A stretch of 64,000 nt of DNA from a virus. Positions 29,294 to 39,229 of this stretch are shown one piece after another (within the stretch, counting starts at the first letter, position 1; each line of letters opens with the position of its first letter). The DNA lies in IMG/VR virus record IMGVR_UViG_3300032050_000024, positions 32,001-96,000 of that record. One strand, written 5' to 3'. The translations under genes and the position numbers were made by a program. The notes below the pieces were generated by a model. It did no database searches, was not told the DNA's origin, and saw only the letters and a list, made by a program, of their open reading frames with translations.

Positions 29294-29500
29294 TTATAAT
29301 TTTAAGTTGGCTGGCGGTGTTGCTATTTCTGTTTTTGATTTGGTTGCAGTTTTTGGTTGATTTTTTTCGTTTAAATTATCAATCCAAAAATTACGTAAAA
29401 ATATTGGCATATTATATATAGTTTGCCAGTCCCATCTACCATTGCCAGCCCATATCAAATCAAATAATACTTTGTGAAGCAGAATACGATCTGCGGGTTT
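29294..29500 (-). CDS. Tail chaperone C-terminal extension, probably reached by frameshift (gpGT/gp51-like)
   Basis: Protein-like segment LHKVLFDLIW...WQTIYNMPIFLRNFWI has no start of its own after the upstream stop; it is in the +1 frame at a T-rich junction. Confidence 0.55.
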   Translation of the reverse strand, partial: KPADRILLHKVLFDLIWAGNGRWDWQTIYNMPIFLRNFWIDNLNEKNQPKTATKSKTEIATPPANLKL

Positions 29501-30284
29501 AAAACCAAAAAAGGTCTGGTCCAAGTTGAAACCCGGCCGTGAAGGTGCCTCCATCTTCACCTTCAAATTCATATTGTAAATCTATGCCAGGCATATTTGC
29601 GTATACAAATGTACGGAATTCTTTTGCTGGTTTAGCTAAGAATTTATAACGAATAAACGACTCAATAATATTAGGCTCTCTAGAGCCATCTACTTCTCGA
29701 ATCATTTGTTTTAATAAATCAGATATAGCCGTATTATCTGATATTTTTTTTATTTGATCTATAGATAAAAATGCAAATTTAATTTCATGAGTTTCATTTA
29801 AAATGTTTAAACGATATGAAAATTCTCCATTTTCATCAGACTGTAAATCAAATTTTTTATATTTAATTTTAGTCAAATTAATAGTTCTATTCAACTCTTT
29901 TTTAGTTGTTGGATCTATTACTAGTACTGGATAATCGGCTCCATATGATAAAATACGTGCTTGTATTAATAAAGCATCTTTATCTACTTGTGCTACATCC
30001 GAAATTGTTATTCCTGGAGTGACAATAAGACTATCTAATAGTTTGTCTAATACTATTCCTTCTTTAATGTAAGATGAATTAGTTAAAATATCTTCATCAT
30101 ATGCTGTCATGTAACGCATTTCAATTTGTCCGCTTCGAAGTGGACTAGAACTTGGATATATCAATCCTAAACTAGGTAAATTAACAATTTCAGAAGGCAA
30201 TGTTTTTCTTTGAGATTCTTCATATTGTTGTTTTGCAATATTAACGATGTCTTTGTTAGTTAAGCGTGTTGTTACTTGTGCCAT
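29499..30284 (-). CDS. Baseplate hub / tail assembly chaperone (T4 gp26-like)
   Basis: LPSLGLIYP, MRYMTAYDEDIL, DKDALLIQARILSYG; lies between tube and tape measure. Confidence 0.75.
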   Translation of the reverse strand: MAQVTTRLTNKDIVNIAKQQYEESQRKTLPSEIVNLPSLGLIYPSSSPLRSGQIEMRYMTAYDEDILTNSSYIKEGIVLDKLLDSLIVTPGITISDVAQVDKDALLIQARILSYGADYPVLVIDPTTKKELNRTINLTKIKYKKFDLQSDENGEFSYRLNILNETHEIKFAFLSIDQIKKISDNTAISDLLKQMIREVDGSREPNIIESFIRYKFLAKPAKEFRTFVYANMPGIDLQYEFEGEDGGTFTAGFQLGPDLFWF

Positions 30285-30328
30285 AGATTCCTTTTATAAC
30301 TTCTTTATTATAAATATGTATAAACATG

Positions 30329-30353
30329 AAAAATGGGGGCATTTACCCCCATT
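30329..30353 (-). terminator. Intrinsic terminator after tail tube
   Basis: AATGGGGG-loop-CCCCCATT followed by T run. Confidence 0.8.
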
Positions 30354-30372
30354 AATTAATTAATTAAAATTT

Positions 30373-30897
30373 TTAGAAACTTAAGAAAGCCCAATCGTAA
30401 CGAAGTGTTAATTCAATGTTAACAACATCTTCAGTTGACCAATCTAAACTTCCGAAGTTTGCATCAACAATATAAGTTCCTTTTAAAATCCATTCTTGAA
30501 TAACTTCGCCCAATGGTGAAAGTTGACGCAATTTAATTTCTTTTTTATAATATGATGAATAACCATCTCTACCTGTTGCAGATTCATGATGTAAACGAAT
30601 CCATTCCATAACAGCTTGTGCTCCTGATGGAATAATTGCATCATAAAGTGTTATACTTATGTTATTCCAAACTGATTTGCCTTTAACATATCGCTGAACG
30701 TTGATATGATCTAAAGTTACTTCTCCATTTGCAATACTTGGTTTAGCTGACGCTTTAATTAAATATGCAGGAATTCCTCCTATAGACATAATAAACTGAT
30801 GTTGTTTAATTGGTTCCCACGAAAACGCATTATCATAAAATTCTGGTTGAATACCAACGTCTATAAGTCCTGGACTTACTTGATCCTTTAATGCCAT
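30373..30897 (-). CDS. gp19: Tail tube protein (gp19-like)
   Basis: EPIKQHQF, KGKSVWNNISITLYD, EWIR, EWILKG, LTLRYDW. Confidence 0.9.
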   Translation of the reverse strand: MALKDQVSPGLIDVGIQPEFYDNAFSWEPIKQHQFIMSIGGIPAYLIKASAKPSIANGEVTLDHINVQRYVKGKSVWNNISITLYDAIIPSGAQAVMEWIRLHHESATGRDGYSSYYKKEIKLRQLSPLGEVIQEWILKGTYIVDANFGSLDWSTEDVVNIELTLRYDWAFLSF

Positions 30898-30937
30898 TTT
30901 TTTTCCTCAATAATTTTATTATAAATATAAGAACAGT

Positions 30938-30969
30938 AAAAAAAGGTAGAACTAAAATCCTACCTTTTT
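30938..30969 (-). terminator. Intrinsic terminator after tail sheath
   Basis: AAAAAGGTAG-loop-CTACC followed by T7. Confidence 0.75.
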
Positions 30970-30984
30970 CTAAATCTTTTTTTA

Positions 30985-33441
30985 CTATTCTGGGAATGCT
31001 GCTCCCGTTGCTTGAATAGTGAAATCTAAAACGATAAATTCAGCCGTTCTAGTTGGTTGTAAAAATAATTGACCATTTAAAATTCCAGCGTCAATATCAG
31101 CAGATGTATTATTTGTATTATCCATTCTAACTTGGAATGCAGTTAAACCTCTTTCAGCTCTAACTTGTTCTAGATATGGATTAACAATTCCTAGGAATCT
31201 ATCTCTAATAGCTTGATCATTTGGTTCGAATACTAAGAAACGAGACACAGAAGCAATAAATTTCTTAACTGTGATTAATAAACGACGCACATTTACTCGA
31301 TTTAACGCAGATATATTAGATTGTAAAGTCTTTTGACCCCAAATCACAACTCCGCCAACAGGAAAGTTTGCAATAGGATTAATACGAGCTTGATACAAAT
31401 CATCTCTATCACTTTGAGATAAATTTTGATATGTTCCCGTTACGGTAGTTAAACCACCTCTATTTAAACCTGCCGGTGCATACCATGGCCTTGCAGTTTG
31501 ATCATTAAATGTTAATGCTCCTGGAATAACTACAGATGGTGGTACCCATGTTGGGATATTATTTGATGGATTATTGATTCTTACCCATGGCCAATATGTT
31601 GCAGTATAACTATTGTCAATTGGAGTAACTTGACTTATTACAGTTTCAATGCTATCTGTTAATACATTTGAATCCATTATATAAAATGTATCAAGTCTTG
31701 TTTGTGCACATAATGCTCTTGCTTCAGAAGAAACGGCAGAATGCAAACTATCAATAATACCTGGCGTTATTAACATGTTGATGTCATATTGATCTGTATT
31801 TCCTAATAATCCGAAAGCTTTTCGGTATGCAACTGTTCCTGTTGTACTTGTTCCGCTACAATCAAATCCAAATGTATTTGCCGAAGTAATATTTGCTCCA
31901 GAAAATTTAGGTAAATTAGGACGCGTTCCGTCAAAACCTCCTTGGAATGGTACAATAAATTTTCTAGTAGTTGATTTTATTTTAGTAAATTGATTAGATG
32001 TTAATGCAGATTCTAACGTTCCAGAATATACATTTCCTGCAGGAAAATTAGCAGCTGCTGGTTGAGAAATATCTCCTAAATAAAAATCTGAATTGCTTCC
32101 TGTTGATGACCCCGATGTTGGTATTGGAGCTAAATATGACATATTTGGAGCTAACGTAAAATCAAATCCATAATGTACTGCCGCATTATAAGTCGAATTT
32201 AACAACATATCTTGTTTGTATGTTGCAGGAGCTAAATTAATACTTCCAGAAACGTTTGGTATTGGAGAATTTAATGCACGGAAACCAAACGGAATCAATG
32301 TATTGCTAATTGTTCCAGATGATACCGCAGGATCAACTTCTACTCTAACATATTTAGATATGTTTGGATAATCTCCATTAACCACTAAACGGTTTTCTGA
32401 ATTAACTGTTTGATATCTGTTTCCAATTACTCTTTCGATGTATCTAGAAGATGCTGGATTCAAATTCACATTAGAAAATGATTCTACTATTTCAGGTTGC
32501 GAATCTGTATCATTTGATGTAAATGGTGAATTTGTAATATTAGTTTGATTTACTAAACGAACTGTTACTGTAAAAGTACTATATCCAGCTGGATCTGCTA
32601 CTTCAGAAGATGTTTTAATATTTGATATTGCAACTTTAATTTCATAATTTACATTAGTTCCATGTGATAACGTATGAAGTCTAAATAAATTCATTGCAAG
32701 TGAACCAACTTTTTGTGATGTAATCCATGGCGTAGTTGCAACTTTATAATCTTCAGAAAATTCATAAGTTGGAATTTTTTGCAAAGAAACTGAAACATTT
32801 CCTGGATTATTAAATAATGTTATTGCAGATCTATTTTCATACTGCGTATACACCGGATATGTTGTAGAATTAGGTGTTTTACCAAACAATGTGCCTACAT
32901 AATTATTAGCTAATATATTAATTGATGCTGATAAAGATGCTCCATTTGTAAATGTAGGTGTTACTCCATTAACATTTTGTGTAGTGAATGATCCAGATAC
33001 TTTAATTTCAAAAGAACCAGACTGATAATTATTAAGTACTGTATCTTCAAAATAATTAGTTGAAACTAAACTTCCGGAGCCTAAAACTGCAACAGTTGGA
33101 TGTAATACATGAGTTACATATTTTGCTGAGCCAGATTCTGCAACAATTGCTAATGCTCCATTAGATAATGAATATCCATCTTCATATAATAAACGTGTTA
33201 CTGTAATTGTTTGTCCACTACGTAAATATTCTTCAACTGTAAATGGTATATATGAATCGTTAGTATATGATCCAAATAAATTTTGAAATTCAGAAAATGT
33301 ACTTACTCGAGTTGGTACTAATGCCGGGCCTTTAACTGTAGGGCCTACGATTGCTCCTCCGATTGCATTTACTGCTTGAGAAACATTAGATTGATCAGTT
33401 TCTCTAGTAAATACACCTGGTGAGATTATTTGTTCTGCCAT
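30985..33441 (-). CDS. gp18: Contractile tail sheath protein (gp18-like)
   Basis: SPGVFTRETD, YWPW, WYAPAGLNRG, INPI, WGQKT, RVNVRRL, PTRTAEFI. Confidence 0.96.
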   Translation of the reverse strand: MAEQIISPGVFTRETDQSNVSQAVNAIGGAIVGPTVKGPALVPTRVSTFSEFQNLFGSYTNDSYIPFTVEEYLRSGQTITVTRLLYEDGYSLSNGALAIVAESGSAKYVTHVLHPTVAVLGSGSLVSTNYFEDTVLNNYQSGSFEIKVSGSFTTQNVNGVTPTFTNGASLSASINILANNYVGTLFGKTPNSTTYPVYTQYENRSAITLFNNPGNVSVSLQKIPTYEFSEDYKVATTPWITSQKVGSLAMNLFRLHTLSHGTNVNYEIKVAISNIKTSSEVADPAGYSTFTVTVRLVNQTNITNSPFTSNDTDSQPEIVESFSNVNLNPASSRYIERVIGNRYQTVNSENRLVVNGDYPNISKYVRVEVDPAVSSGTISNTLIPFGFRALNSPIPNVSGSINLAPATYKQDMLLNSTYNAAVHYGFDFTLAPNMSYLAPIPTSGSSTGSNSDFYLGDISQPAAANFPAGNVYSGTLESALTSNQFTKIKSTTRKFIVPFQGGFDGTRPNLPKFSGANITSANTFGFDCSGTSTTGTVAYRKAFGLLGNTDQYDINMLITPGIIDSLHSAVSSEARALCAQTRLDTFYIMDSNVLTDSIETVISQVTPIDNSYTATYWPWVRINNPSNNIPTWVPPSVVIPGALTFNDQTARPWYAPAGLNRGGLTTVTGTYQNLSQSDRDDLYQARINPIANFPVGGVVIWGQKTLQSNISALNRVNVRRLLITVKKFIASVSRFLVFEPNDQAIRDRFLGIVNPYLEQVRAERGLTAFQVRMDNTNNTSADIDAGILNGQLFLQPTRTAEFIVLDFTIQATGAAFPE

Positions 33442-33482
33442 TTTTTATTACTCCTTTGATTTTTTTATAAATAAATATGATA

Positions 33483-33764
33483 TTATTGAGTCAAACCTGA
33501 ATCAGGAGTAAACGTTCCATCAGCAATATTAATTTGGCCTTCTCCGTAACGTGCGCGCATTTTTTCAATTAATGCAGATTCGGCTTGTTGAAGCTGATCG
33601 AATTCTTGTATGTATTTTGCATGTTCTTGTTTTAGTTGTTCTAATTGCGTTTCTAAAACATGGGTTTCGATTGCAATATTTCCTAGAATATTAGTATTAC
33701 GTGCAAACGAATCGCGTATTGATTGTATTTCTTCTAAATGTTCTTTGTCCAGTTTACGAGTCAT
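33483..33764 (-). CDS. Small coiled-coil hypothetical protein
   Basis: Heptad-rich, ends RYGEGQINIADGTF; own promoter and SD. Confidence 0.75.
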   Translation of the reverse strand: MTRKLDKEHLEEIQSIRDSFARNTNILGNIAIETHVLETQLEQLKQEHAKYIQEFDQLQQAESALIEKMRARYGEGQINIADGTFTPDSGLTQ

Positions 33765-33787
33765 AACTTTGTTCCTTCTTTTGTTTT

Positions 33788-33815
33788 ATTATATGAAAAT
33801 TATATTGCATTTCAA
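33788..33815 (-). promoter_or_regulatory. Sigma70-like promoter TTGAAA-N16-TATAAT
   Basis: Intergenic, recurrent motif. Confidence 0.6.
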
Positions 33816-35050
33816 ACCGTAAATGACGTTACTATTGCTGCAATTGAAGCAGAAGTTGCAGCATTAGACAATCGCTGTCCTATTGAGTTTGATGCCGTTA
33901 GGGAAGTAATTGCCATGTTCCATAAGTCTTCTGGTTTTGTTAAAGCTGATCCAGATGTGTTATCTACCGGTACTCCCCATGATACTGAATTTGGATGCGG
34001 AACTGCCATTGAACCGGTTAATTCATTTCCAGGGCCGTAAATTACACCTGCTCTAACATTGGATCCGGAAGGTACTCCGACGACTTGGTCAGGCGAGAAC
34101 AAAGTAATTGTATCGTTTGAGCTAGATACGCCAATCGTGTAACGTGTTGTTACATCATCATATAATCGTACGTTATAACAATATATTGCATTACGTGAAC
34201 CTGAATTGATTAATGGGCCTGAGAATACGTTGGTTGCTGTGGTTGAAGTTGAGGAAACTGCATTAGATGCAGTCGATGCTGCTATTTGTCCTATTACGTT
34301 TATAATACCTGCTGTACTTGAAGCAATTGCTCCCCACAATCTCGATGTTACATTTCCTGTTACATTTATCGTACCTATAGATGAATTTGCAATTGCGCTT
34401 GATACAAGTCCACCAAAGGAATTACTTGCAAGAACATTTCCTGTTACATTAATAACCCCAGTTCCAGAATTTAAAATTGTTTGTGAAGTGCCGGCACCAC
34501 CAGCACTACCCCCTGTTATATTACCCGTAATATTAATAGTACCATTTTGGATATTTGTTATTGCAGTATTACCAGATCCTGCACCTGCAGGAAGTATATT
34601 TCCTACTACATTAATGGTACCGGAGGATAAATTTGATATAGTAGATAATGTTGTATTCCCGGTGCCGTTTAATCCAGATACATCTCCTATTATATTAATA
34701 GTCCCATTCAATATATTATTTATACATCGTTCTTCATTACCACTATTTTGATTTAAAGCAGATGTTATTGTAATACTTTCAGTGTTATAATTTAATATAA
34801 GAATATTTGATGCAACTGTATTTCTAATTAAACTAGCTGATATATTATAATTTCCATATATTTCAATTCTACCTCCTGCTGCTGCACTTCCGGTTGCTGC
34901 TGTTCGTATACTAGTAACTGTAATGTTTTGATCTAACGTTACCGTTTGGTTATTTAAAAACACATCATCAGATGCAGTAGGAATAAGTGACCCAGACCAT
35001 ATTGCTGCGTTACTCCAATTACCTGATGCGATGGGCCATCTATTTGGCAT
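33812..35050 (-). CDS. Fibre/receptor-binding paralog 4 of 4 (start MPNRWP)
   Basis: Shared N-terminal SGNWS..PTASDDV and C-terminal NVR.GV..GVPVDNT modules; G/N/T/I-rich beta-solenoid-like middle. Confidence 0.7.
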   Translation of the reverse strand: MPNRWPIASGNWSNAAIWSGSLIPTASDDVFLNNQTVTLDQNITVTSIRTAATGSAAAGGRIEIYGNYNISASLIRNTVASNILILNYNTESITITSALNQNSGNEERCINNILNGTINIIGDVSGLNGTGNTTLSTISNLSSGTINVVGNILPAGAGSGNTAITNIQNGTINITGNITGGSAGGAGTSQTILNSGTGVINVTGNVLASNSFGGLVSSAIANSSIGTINVTGNVTSRLWGAIASSTAGIINVIGQIAASTASNAVSSTSTTATNVFSGPLINSGSRNAIYCYNVRLYDDVTTRYTIGVSSSNDTITLFSPDQVVGVPSGSNVRAGVIYGPGNELTGSMAVPHPNSVSWGVPVDNTSGSALTKPEDLWNMAITSLTASNSIGQRLSNAATSASIAAIVTSFTV

Positions 35051-35051
35051 A

Positions 35052-36365
35052 TTATTTTCCTTTAAAGGCAGCAATAGTTGCTGCTGTAGTTTGTACTGTT
35101 GCTATATTTTGTAAACGAGCTCCAATTGTATTGGAACCTGTTAAACTTGATACTGCATACGTTAAAATATCTTGTGGGGTCAATGTAGCAGAACCTGTTG
35201 TTTGATCTACTGGCACTCCATACCGTACAGAACTAGTTGAAGGTACTATCATTGAGCCAGAAAATTGATTCATTGCGCCGTATAAACTTCCACTTCTTAC
35301 ATTAGATGCGTCAGGTAATGTTACGGGATATGTTTGATCATACAATGTTATTGTTTTTGAAATATCATTTGATTCAAATGTATAATATGGTGTTGATCCT
35401 GATAGGATTTGTATTCTTGGAGAATATACTGCATTGGTTCCGTTTGCACTACAAATTAATGGTCCCGAAACTCGCACAGTTGCGGTTGTAGAAGTAGATG
35501 ATACACCTGGATATCCGTTTGATGCATATACAGGACCGATTACATTGATTGTTGATGCTACTGCAGATGAAATACCTACTGCGGTATATCCAGCAAAAAC
35601 ACTACCGGTTATGTTGATTGTTGCAGCTGATAACATGGTAATTGCAGCATTGTTATAACCTCGTAAGTTCCCATTGAAGTTTAATACTCCAGTATTTCCG
35701 TTAATGTTAACAGCCATGTTGTTAGTGCTAGTTCCGAGTATAATTAGATTTCCAGTTACATTAACTTGTGCAATTCCCGTTAACATTGTGATTGGAACAC
35801 CATTTGTAAATGTATATAAATCTCCAACTATACTTGCAGTGCCGGCAAAAATTGCAACACATGTTCCATTTGTATTTCCTATATCTCCATTTGTTCTTAA
35901 ATTTCCAAGTATGAATGCACTACCCGAAGTGACTAATATGCCATAATTTCCCGTAGATCCACCGGGTGCGACGCCGGAAGAAACGCTTCCTGTAACATAT
36001 ATGGTTCCTCCATTAGTAATACGAACACCATATCCATTAGTAACATCGCCGCCTTGTATACTAGAAGAAATATATACCGTATGTGAACCGGTTATAATTA
36101 AAGCAGCAGTTGCATTAGCTGATACAATTCCTGCAGTTGCTCTAGATGCAGTAATGTATATACCATTTGTTGAAATATAATTTCCTCCTGCTACTGCACT
36201 ACCTGATGCTCTATTACTAATACTAGAAACATTGATATTCTGATCTATAGTAACATTGAATCCATTAGCAAATACATCATCAGATGCGGTCGGAAATGTT
36301 GTTCCTCCATTCCATGTAGCTAAGCTACTCCAATTCCCTGATGCTACTGCGTATCTTACTGGCAT
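35052..36365 (-). CDS. Fibre/receptor-binding paralog 3 of 4 (start MPVRYA)
   Basis: Same terminal modules as its neighbours. Confidence 0.7.
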   Translation of the reverse strand: MPVRYAVASGNWSSLATWNGGTTFPTASDDVFANGFNVTIDQNINVSSISNRASGSAVAGGNYISTNGIYITASRATAGIVSANATAALIITGSHTVYISSSIQGGDVTNGYGVRITNGGTIYVTGSVSSGVAPGGSTGNYGILVTSGSAFILGNLRTNGDIGNTNGTCVAIFAGTASIVGDLYTFTNGVPITMLTGIAQVNVTGNLIILGTSTNNMAVNINGNTGVLNFNGNLRGYNNAAITMLSAATINITGSVFAGYTAVGISSAVASTINVIGPVYASNGYPGVSSTSTTATVRVSGPLICSANGTNAVYSPRIQILSGSTPYYTFESNDISKTITLYDQTYPVTLPDASNVRSGSLYGAMNQFSGSMIVPSTSSVRYGVPVDQTTGSATLTPQDILTYAVSSLTGSNTIGARLQNIATVQTTAATIAAFKGK

Positions 36366-36366
36366 A

Positions 36367-37734
36367 TTATAATTTTCCTTTTTCGGCAATTGCAACGGCT
36401 GTAGTTGCAACTGTTGATATGTTACGTAAACGTGCTCCTAAACTTCCCGTTACGGTTAAACTACTTGTTAATGCACTCCATGCATTTTGTGTGTTAAATG
36501 AAGCAGAACCTGTTGTATTGTCTACAGGTACTCCTTTAAGTACAGAACCGGTAGAAGGTATTGCTACTGTTCCTGTGAATTGGTTTGTATCTCCAAATAC
36601 CACACCTGATCTTACATTGGTTATAGCAGGGAAATTACCTGGCCAATTTTGTGTATATAGTGTTCTTTGTTCTGCATATGTTTCTGTGTCAAAAGTCCAT
36701 GTTGTAGTTGACCCGGATATGAGTTGTAGGTTTTGTGCAAATACTGCGTTACGATTATTGACGTTTAAGAATGGTCCTGTTGCTGAAAGAAAATGTGTAG
36801 TTGATGTAAATTGCACTCCCGGAAATACAGCAGAAGCAGATATAGGTCCTCTGATACTGGATGTACCTGCTGAAGTTGATGATATAGCACTTGCACCAGC
36901 AGCTGCAAATACACTTCCGGATATATTAACACTGCATGGATTTACGGTTAAGGATAATGCATTTGCTGTAGATAAAGCATATACACTTCCTGTTATTGTT
37001 ATTGTAGAAGTAGCAGTATTTGTTATCGCAGCATTACTACTTTTAGCAAAAACATTGCCTTTTACATCTAAGTTTACAACTGCTGGGGAAGAAATTGTTA
37101 TCCCTACACCATTAGAAGCTGCTTCGCCTGTAACATCACCTACGATATTAATATTTTTATTTGTATTAACAGCCATTGCCTGACTAGGTGCACCTCCGGT
37201 ATTTCTTAAAAAATTACCTCTGACGCTACCTGATATGTTTAAAGTGCCTCCGCTAATTGTACGAACAATTACCCCGGAATAAACAAATCCTGAAATGCTT
37301 CCTGTTATATTAATAATTCCATTATTTTCTATTGATACTGGGTAACTTACAAGAAATGGGGCAACTTCTAGATTTCCCACGATGTCAGATACTATATTTA
37401 CAGTATCACTTCCAGTTACAATAAGTACGGATGATGTGGTTGAATATGTTACAAAACCTCCATATACAGTTGTTGGGCCTAAATTTCCAGCACCTCCAGT
37501 TAACGGGACAGTGCAAGTAATTGTTCTACTCCCAGTTGTAATAAAACTACCACCTGCTGCTATAACTGGGGATGTAACTGGATGGTTTCTTAAAGTCCGA
37601 GCTGTTATGTCTTGATCTATAAAAACATTAAATCCGTTTGCCCATACATCATCAGATGCAGTAGGAATTATCGAACCACTCCATATTGCGGAGTTACTCC
37701 AATTACCAGAAGATATGGGCCATCTATTTGCCAT
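36367..37734 (-). CDS. Fibre/receptor-binding paralog 2 of 4
   Basis: Same terminal modules as its neighbours. Confidence 0.7.
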   Translation of the reverse strand: MANRWPISSGNWSNSAIWSGSIIPTASDDVWANGFNVFIDQDITARTLRNHPVTSPVIAAGGSFITTGSRTITCTVPLTGGAGNLGPTTVYGGFVTYSTTSSVLIVTGSDTVNIVSDIVGNLEVAPFLVSYPVSIENNGIINITGSISGFVYSGVIVRTISGGTLNISGSVRGNFLRNTGGAPSQAMAVNTNKNINIVGDVTGEAASNGVGITISSPAVVNLDVKGNVFAKSSNAAITNTATSTITITGSVYALSTANALSLTVNPCSVNISGSVFAAAGASAISSTSAGTSSIRGPISASAVFPGVQFTSTTHFLSATGPFLNVNNRNAVFAQNLQLISGSTTTWTFDTETYAEQRTLYTQNWPGNFPAITNVRSGVVFGDTNQFTGTVAIPSTGSVLKGVPVDNTTGSASFNTQNAWSALTSSLTVTGSLGARLRNISTVATTAVAIAEKGKL

Positions 37735-37735
37735 A

Positions 37736-38926
37736 TTACACTTTAAATGATGATATGGTAGCTCCCGTTGTTTGTACAGTAGAAGCTCCGGTTAATAAAT
37801 TTCCTATACTACCCGAGGTAGTTATGTTTTGTGTTGCAACGTTAAACATATCTTGTGGGGTTAAAACGGCAGAACCTGTTGTATTGTCCGTTGCTACTCC
37901 TGCTTTTACTGTTGTTGGATCAGGCATTGCAAGTAAGCCAGTTAATCCAAAGTTATATGTTACACCTCGTCGTACATTGTTTTCGCGTGGTACTCCAGGT
38001 AATGTATTTGAAGTATATAATGTTTTTACGACACCTGCTGTTTCTGTATCGAAAGTCCATTGAGATGAAGTACTTAACATTTGTATACGATATGCATAAA
38101 CTGCATTCCATGAACCTGTGTTATAAAATGGACCAGTAAATAGGTTTGTTGCACTAGTACCTGTAGATTGGACTCCATTAGTTAATATACTCGATGAAAT
38201 TGTACCTGATATAATTAATATACTATTAGAAGATAATCCTACGGCTGAGCCTGTTCGTGCAAGGCAAGTTCCTTGTATGCTTAATGTTCCTAAACTAGTT
38301 TTATTTATCCCAAAAGATGCTGCATTTCTAGACCCAGTTACATTTCCAAGAACATATATATTATTAATAGAACCAATACTTTGTATTCCGTGACCCGATG
38401 TAACGGTAGTATCAGAATACACACTACCCGTTATATATATATTTCCATTTTCAGTTTGGTTTATTCCAAATGATTGAGCACCTGTTGGTCCAGCTACATT
38501 TCCAGAAACAATTAAATTACCTGTTGATGAATGTTGAATTCCATGGAATAAAGAACCATTACCTGCAGTAACATTTCCTATTATATTAATACTTGATGCA
38601 TCAGATAATGTTAATGCTCTAGTTTGTCCTCCAGTAACGTTTCCTACGATTGTAGCTGAATTTGATTGGGAAATTTGTGTTGTTGGATTAGTTGCAGCAC
38701 CACCGATTATATTAGCAGTAACCGTGATCCCATTATTCAAAATAAAAGTTCCAGCATTCACACCAACACCAGTACTTCTTAAACTAATTATTGTAACATT
38801 TTGATCTATTGTAACAGTTTGACCATTAGCATATACATCATCAGATGCAGTAGGTAATCCCAAGCCACCATTCCATATTGCTGAGTTGCTCCAATTGCCT
38901 GATGCTATTGCTGTTCTGTTTGGCAT
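37736..38926 (-). CDS. Fibre/receptor-binding paralog 1 of 4
   Basis: Same terminal modules as its neighbours. Confidence 0.7.
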   Translation of the reverse strand: MPNRTAIASGNWSNSAIWNGGLGLPTASDDVYANGQTVTIDQNVTIISLRSTGVGVNAGTFILNNGITVTANIIGGAATNPTTQISQSNSATIVGNVTGGQTRALTLSDASSINIIGNVTAGNGSLFHGIQHSSTGNLIVSGNVAGPTGAQSFGINQTENGNIYITGSVYSDTTVTSGHGIQSIGSINNIYVLGNVTGSRNAASFGINKTSLGTLSIQGTCLARTGSAVGLSSNSILIISGTISSSILTNGVQSTGTSATNLFTGPFYNTGSWNAVYAYRIQMLSTSSQWTFDTETAGVVKTLYTSNTLPGVPRENNVRRGVTYNFGLTGLLAMPDPTTVKAGVATDNTTGSAVLTPQDMFNVATQNITTSGSIGNLLTGASTVQTTGATISSFKV

Positions 38927-39217
38927 TTACAATCCTTTTTCTATTATAAATTGTTGAATAGTTCCAAGTATTTGATATGCTGCGTTTTCAGCTGGTATAT
39001 CTTCGGAGGCAAATACATCCAAATACACTACAGGACGATCATGTCCTTGTAAAACATCTGGTTTTCCTCCCTCTAATTCTCGATACGGTGTTAATCGCAT
39101 TGCAACACTTGCACCAACTTCCGTTTCCTTTACCAAAGGTGAAATTGATAGATTTACAGTGTAGTATGGGTATTCAACGCCATCTACTACAATTGGGTTA
39201 GCGGATTGAATTGGCAT
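38927..39217 (-). CDS. Small hypothetical protein heading the paralog array (possible adaptor/chaperone)
   Basis: SD (AAAGGA) and ATATTTAT motif upstream; abuts paralog 1. Confidence 0.7.
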   Translation of the reverse strand: MPIQSANPIVVDGVEYPYYTVNLSISPLVKETEVGASVAMRLTPYRELEGGKPDVLQGHDRPVVYLDVFASEDIPAENAAYQILGTIQQFIIEKGL

Positions 39218-39229
39218 AACTTTCCTTTA

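Noticed and set aside
29501-29572. Annotated start MNLKVKMEAPSRPG for the 92-aa ORF
   Set aside because: It lies inside the upstream chaperone gene with no convincing ribosome-binding context, and the N-terminal part looks like off-frame sequence; a frameshift explains it better
33812-38926. Diversity-generating retroelement or invertible shufflon behind the paralog array
   Set aside because: No reverse transcriptase or invertase in the window, no near-identical TR/VR pair with adenine-specific mismatches, and all copies are co-oriented
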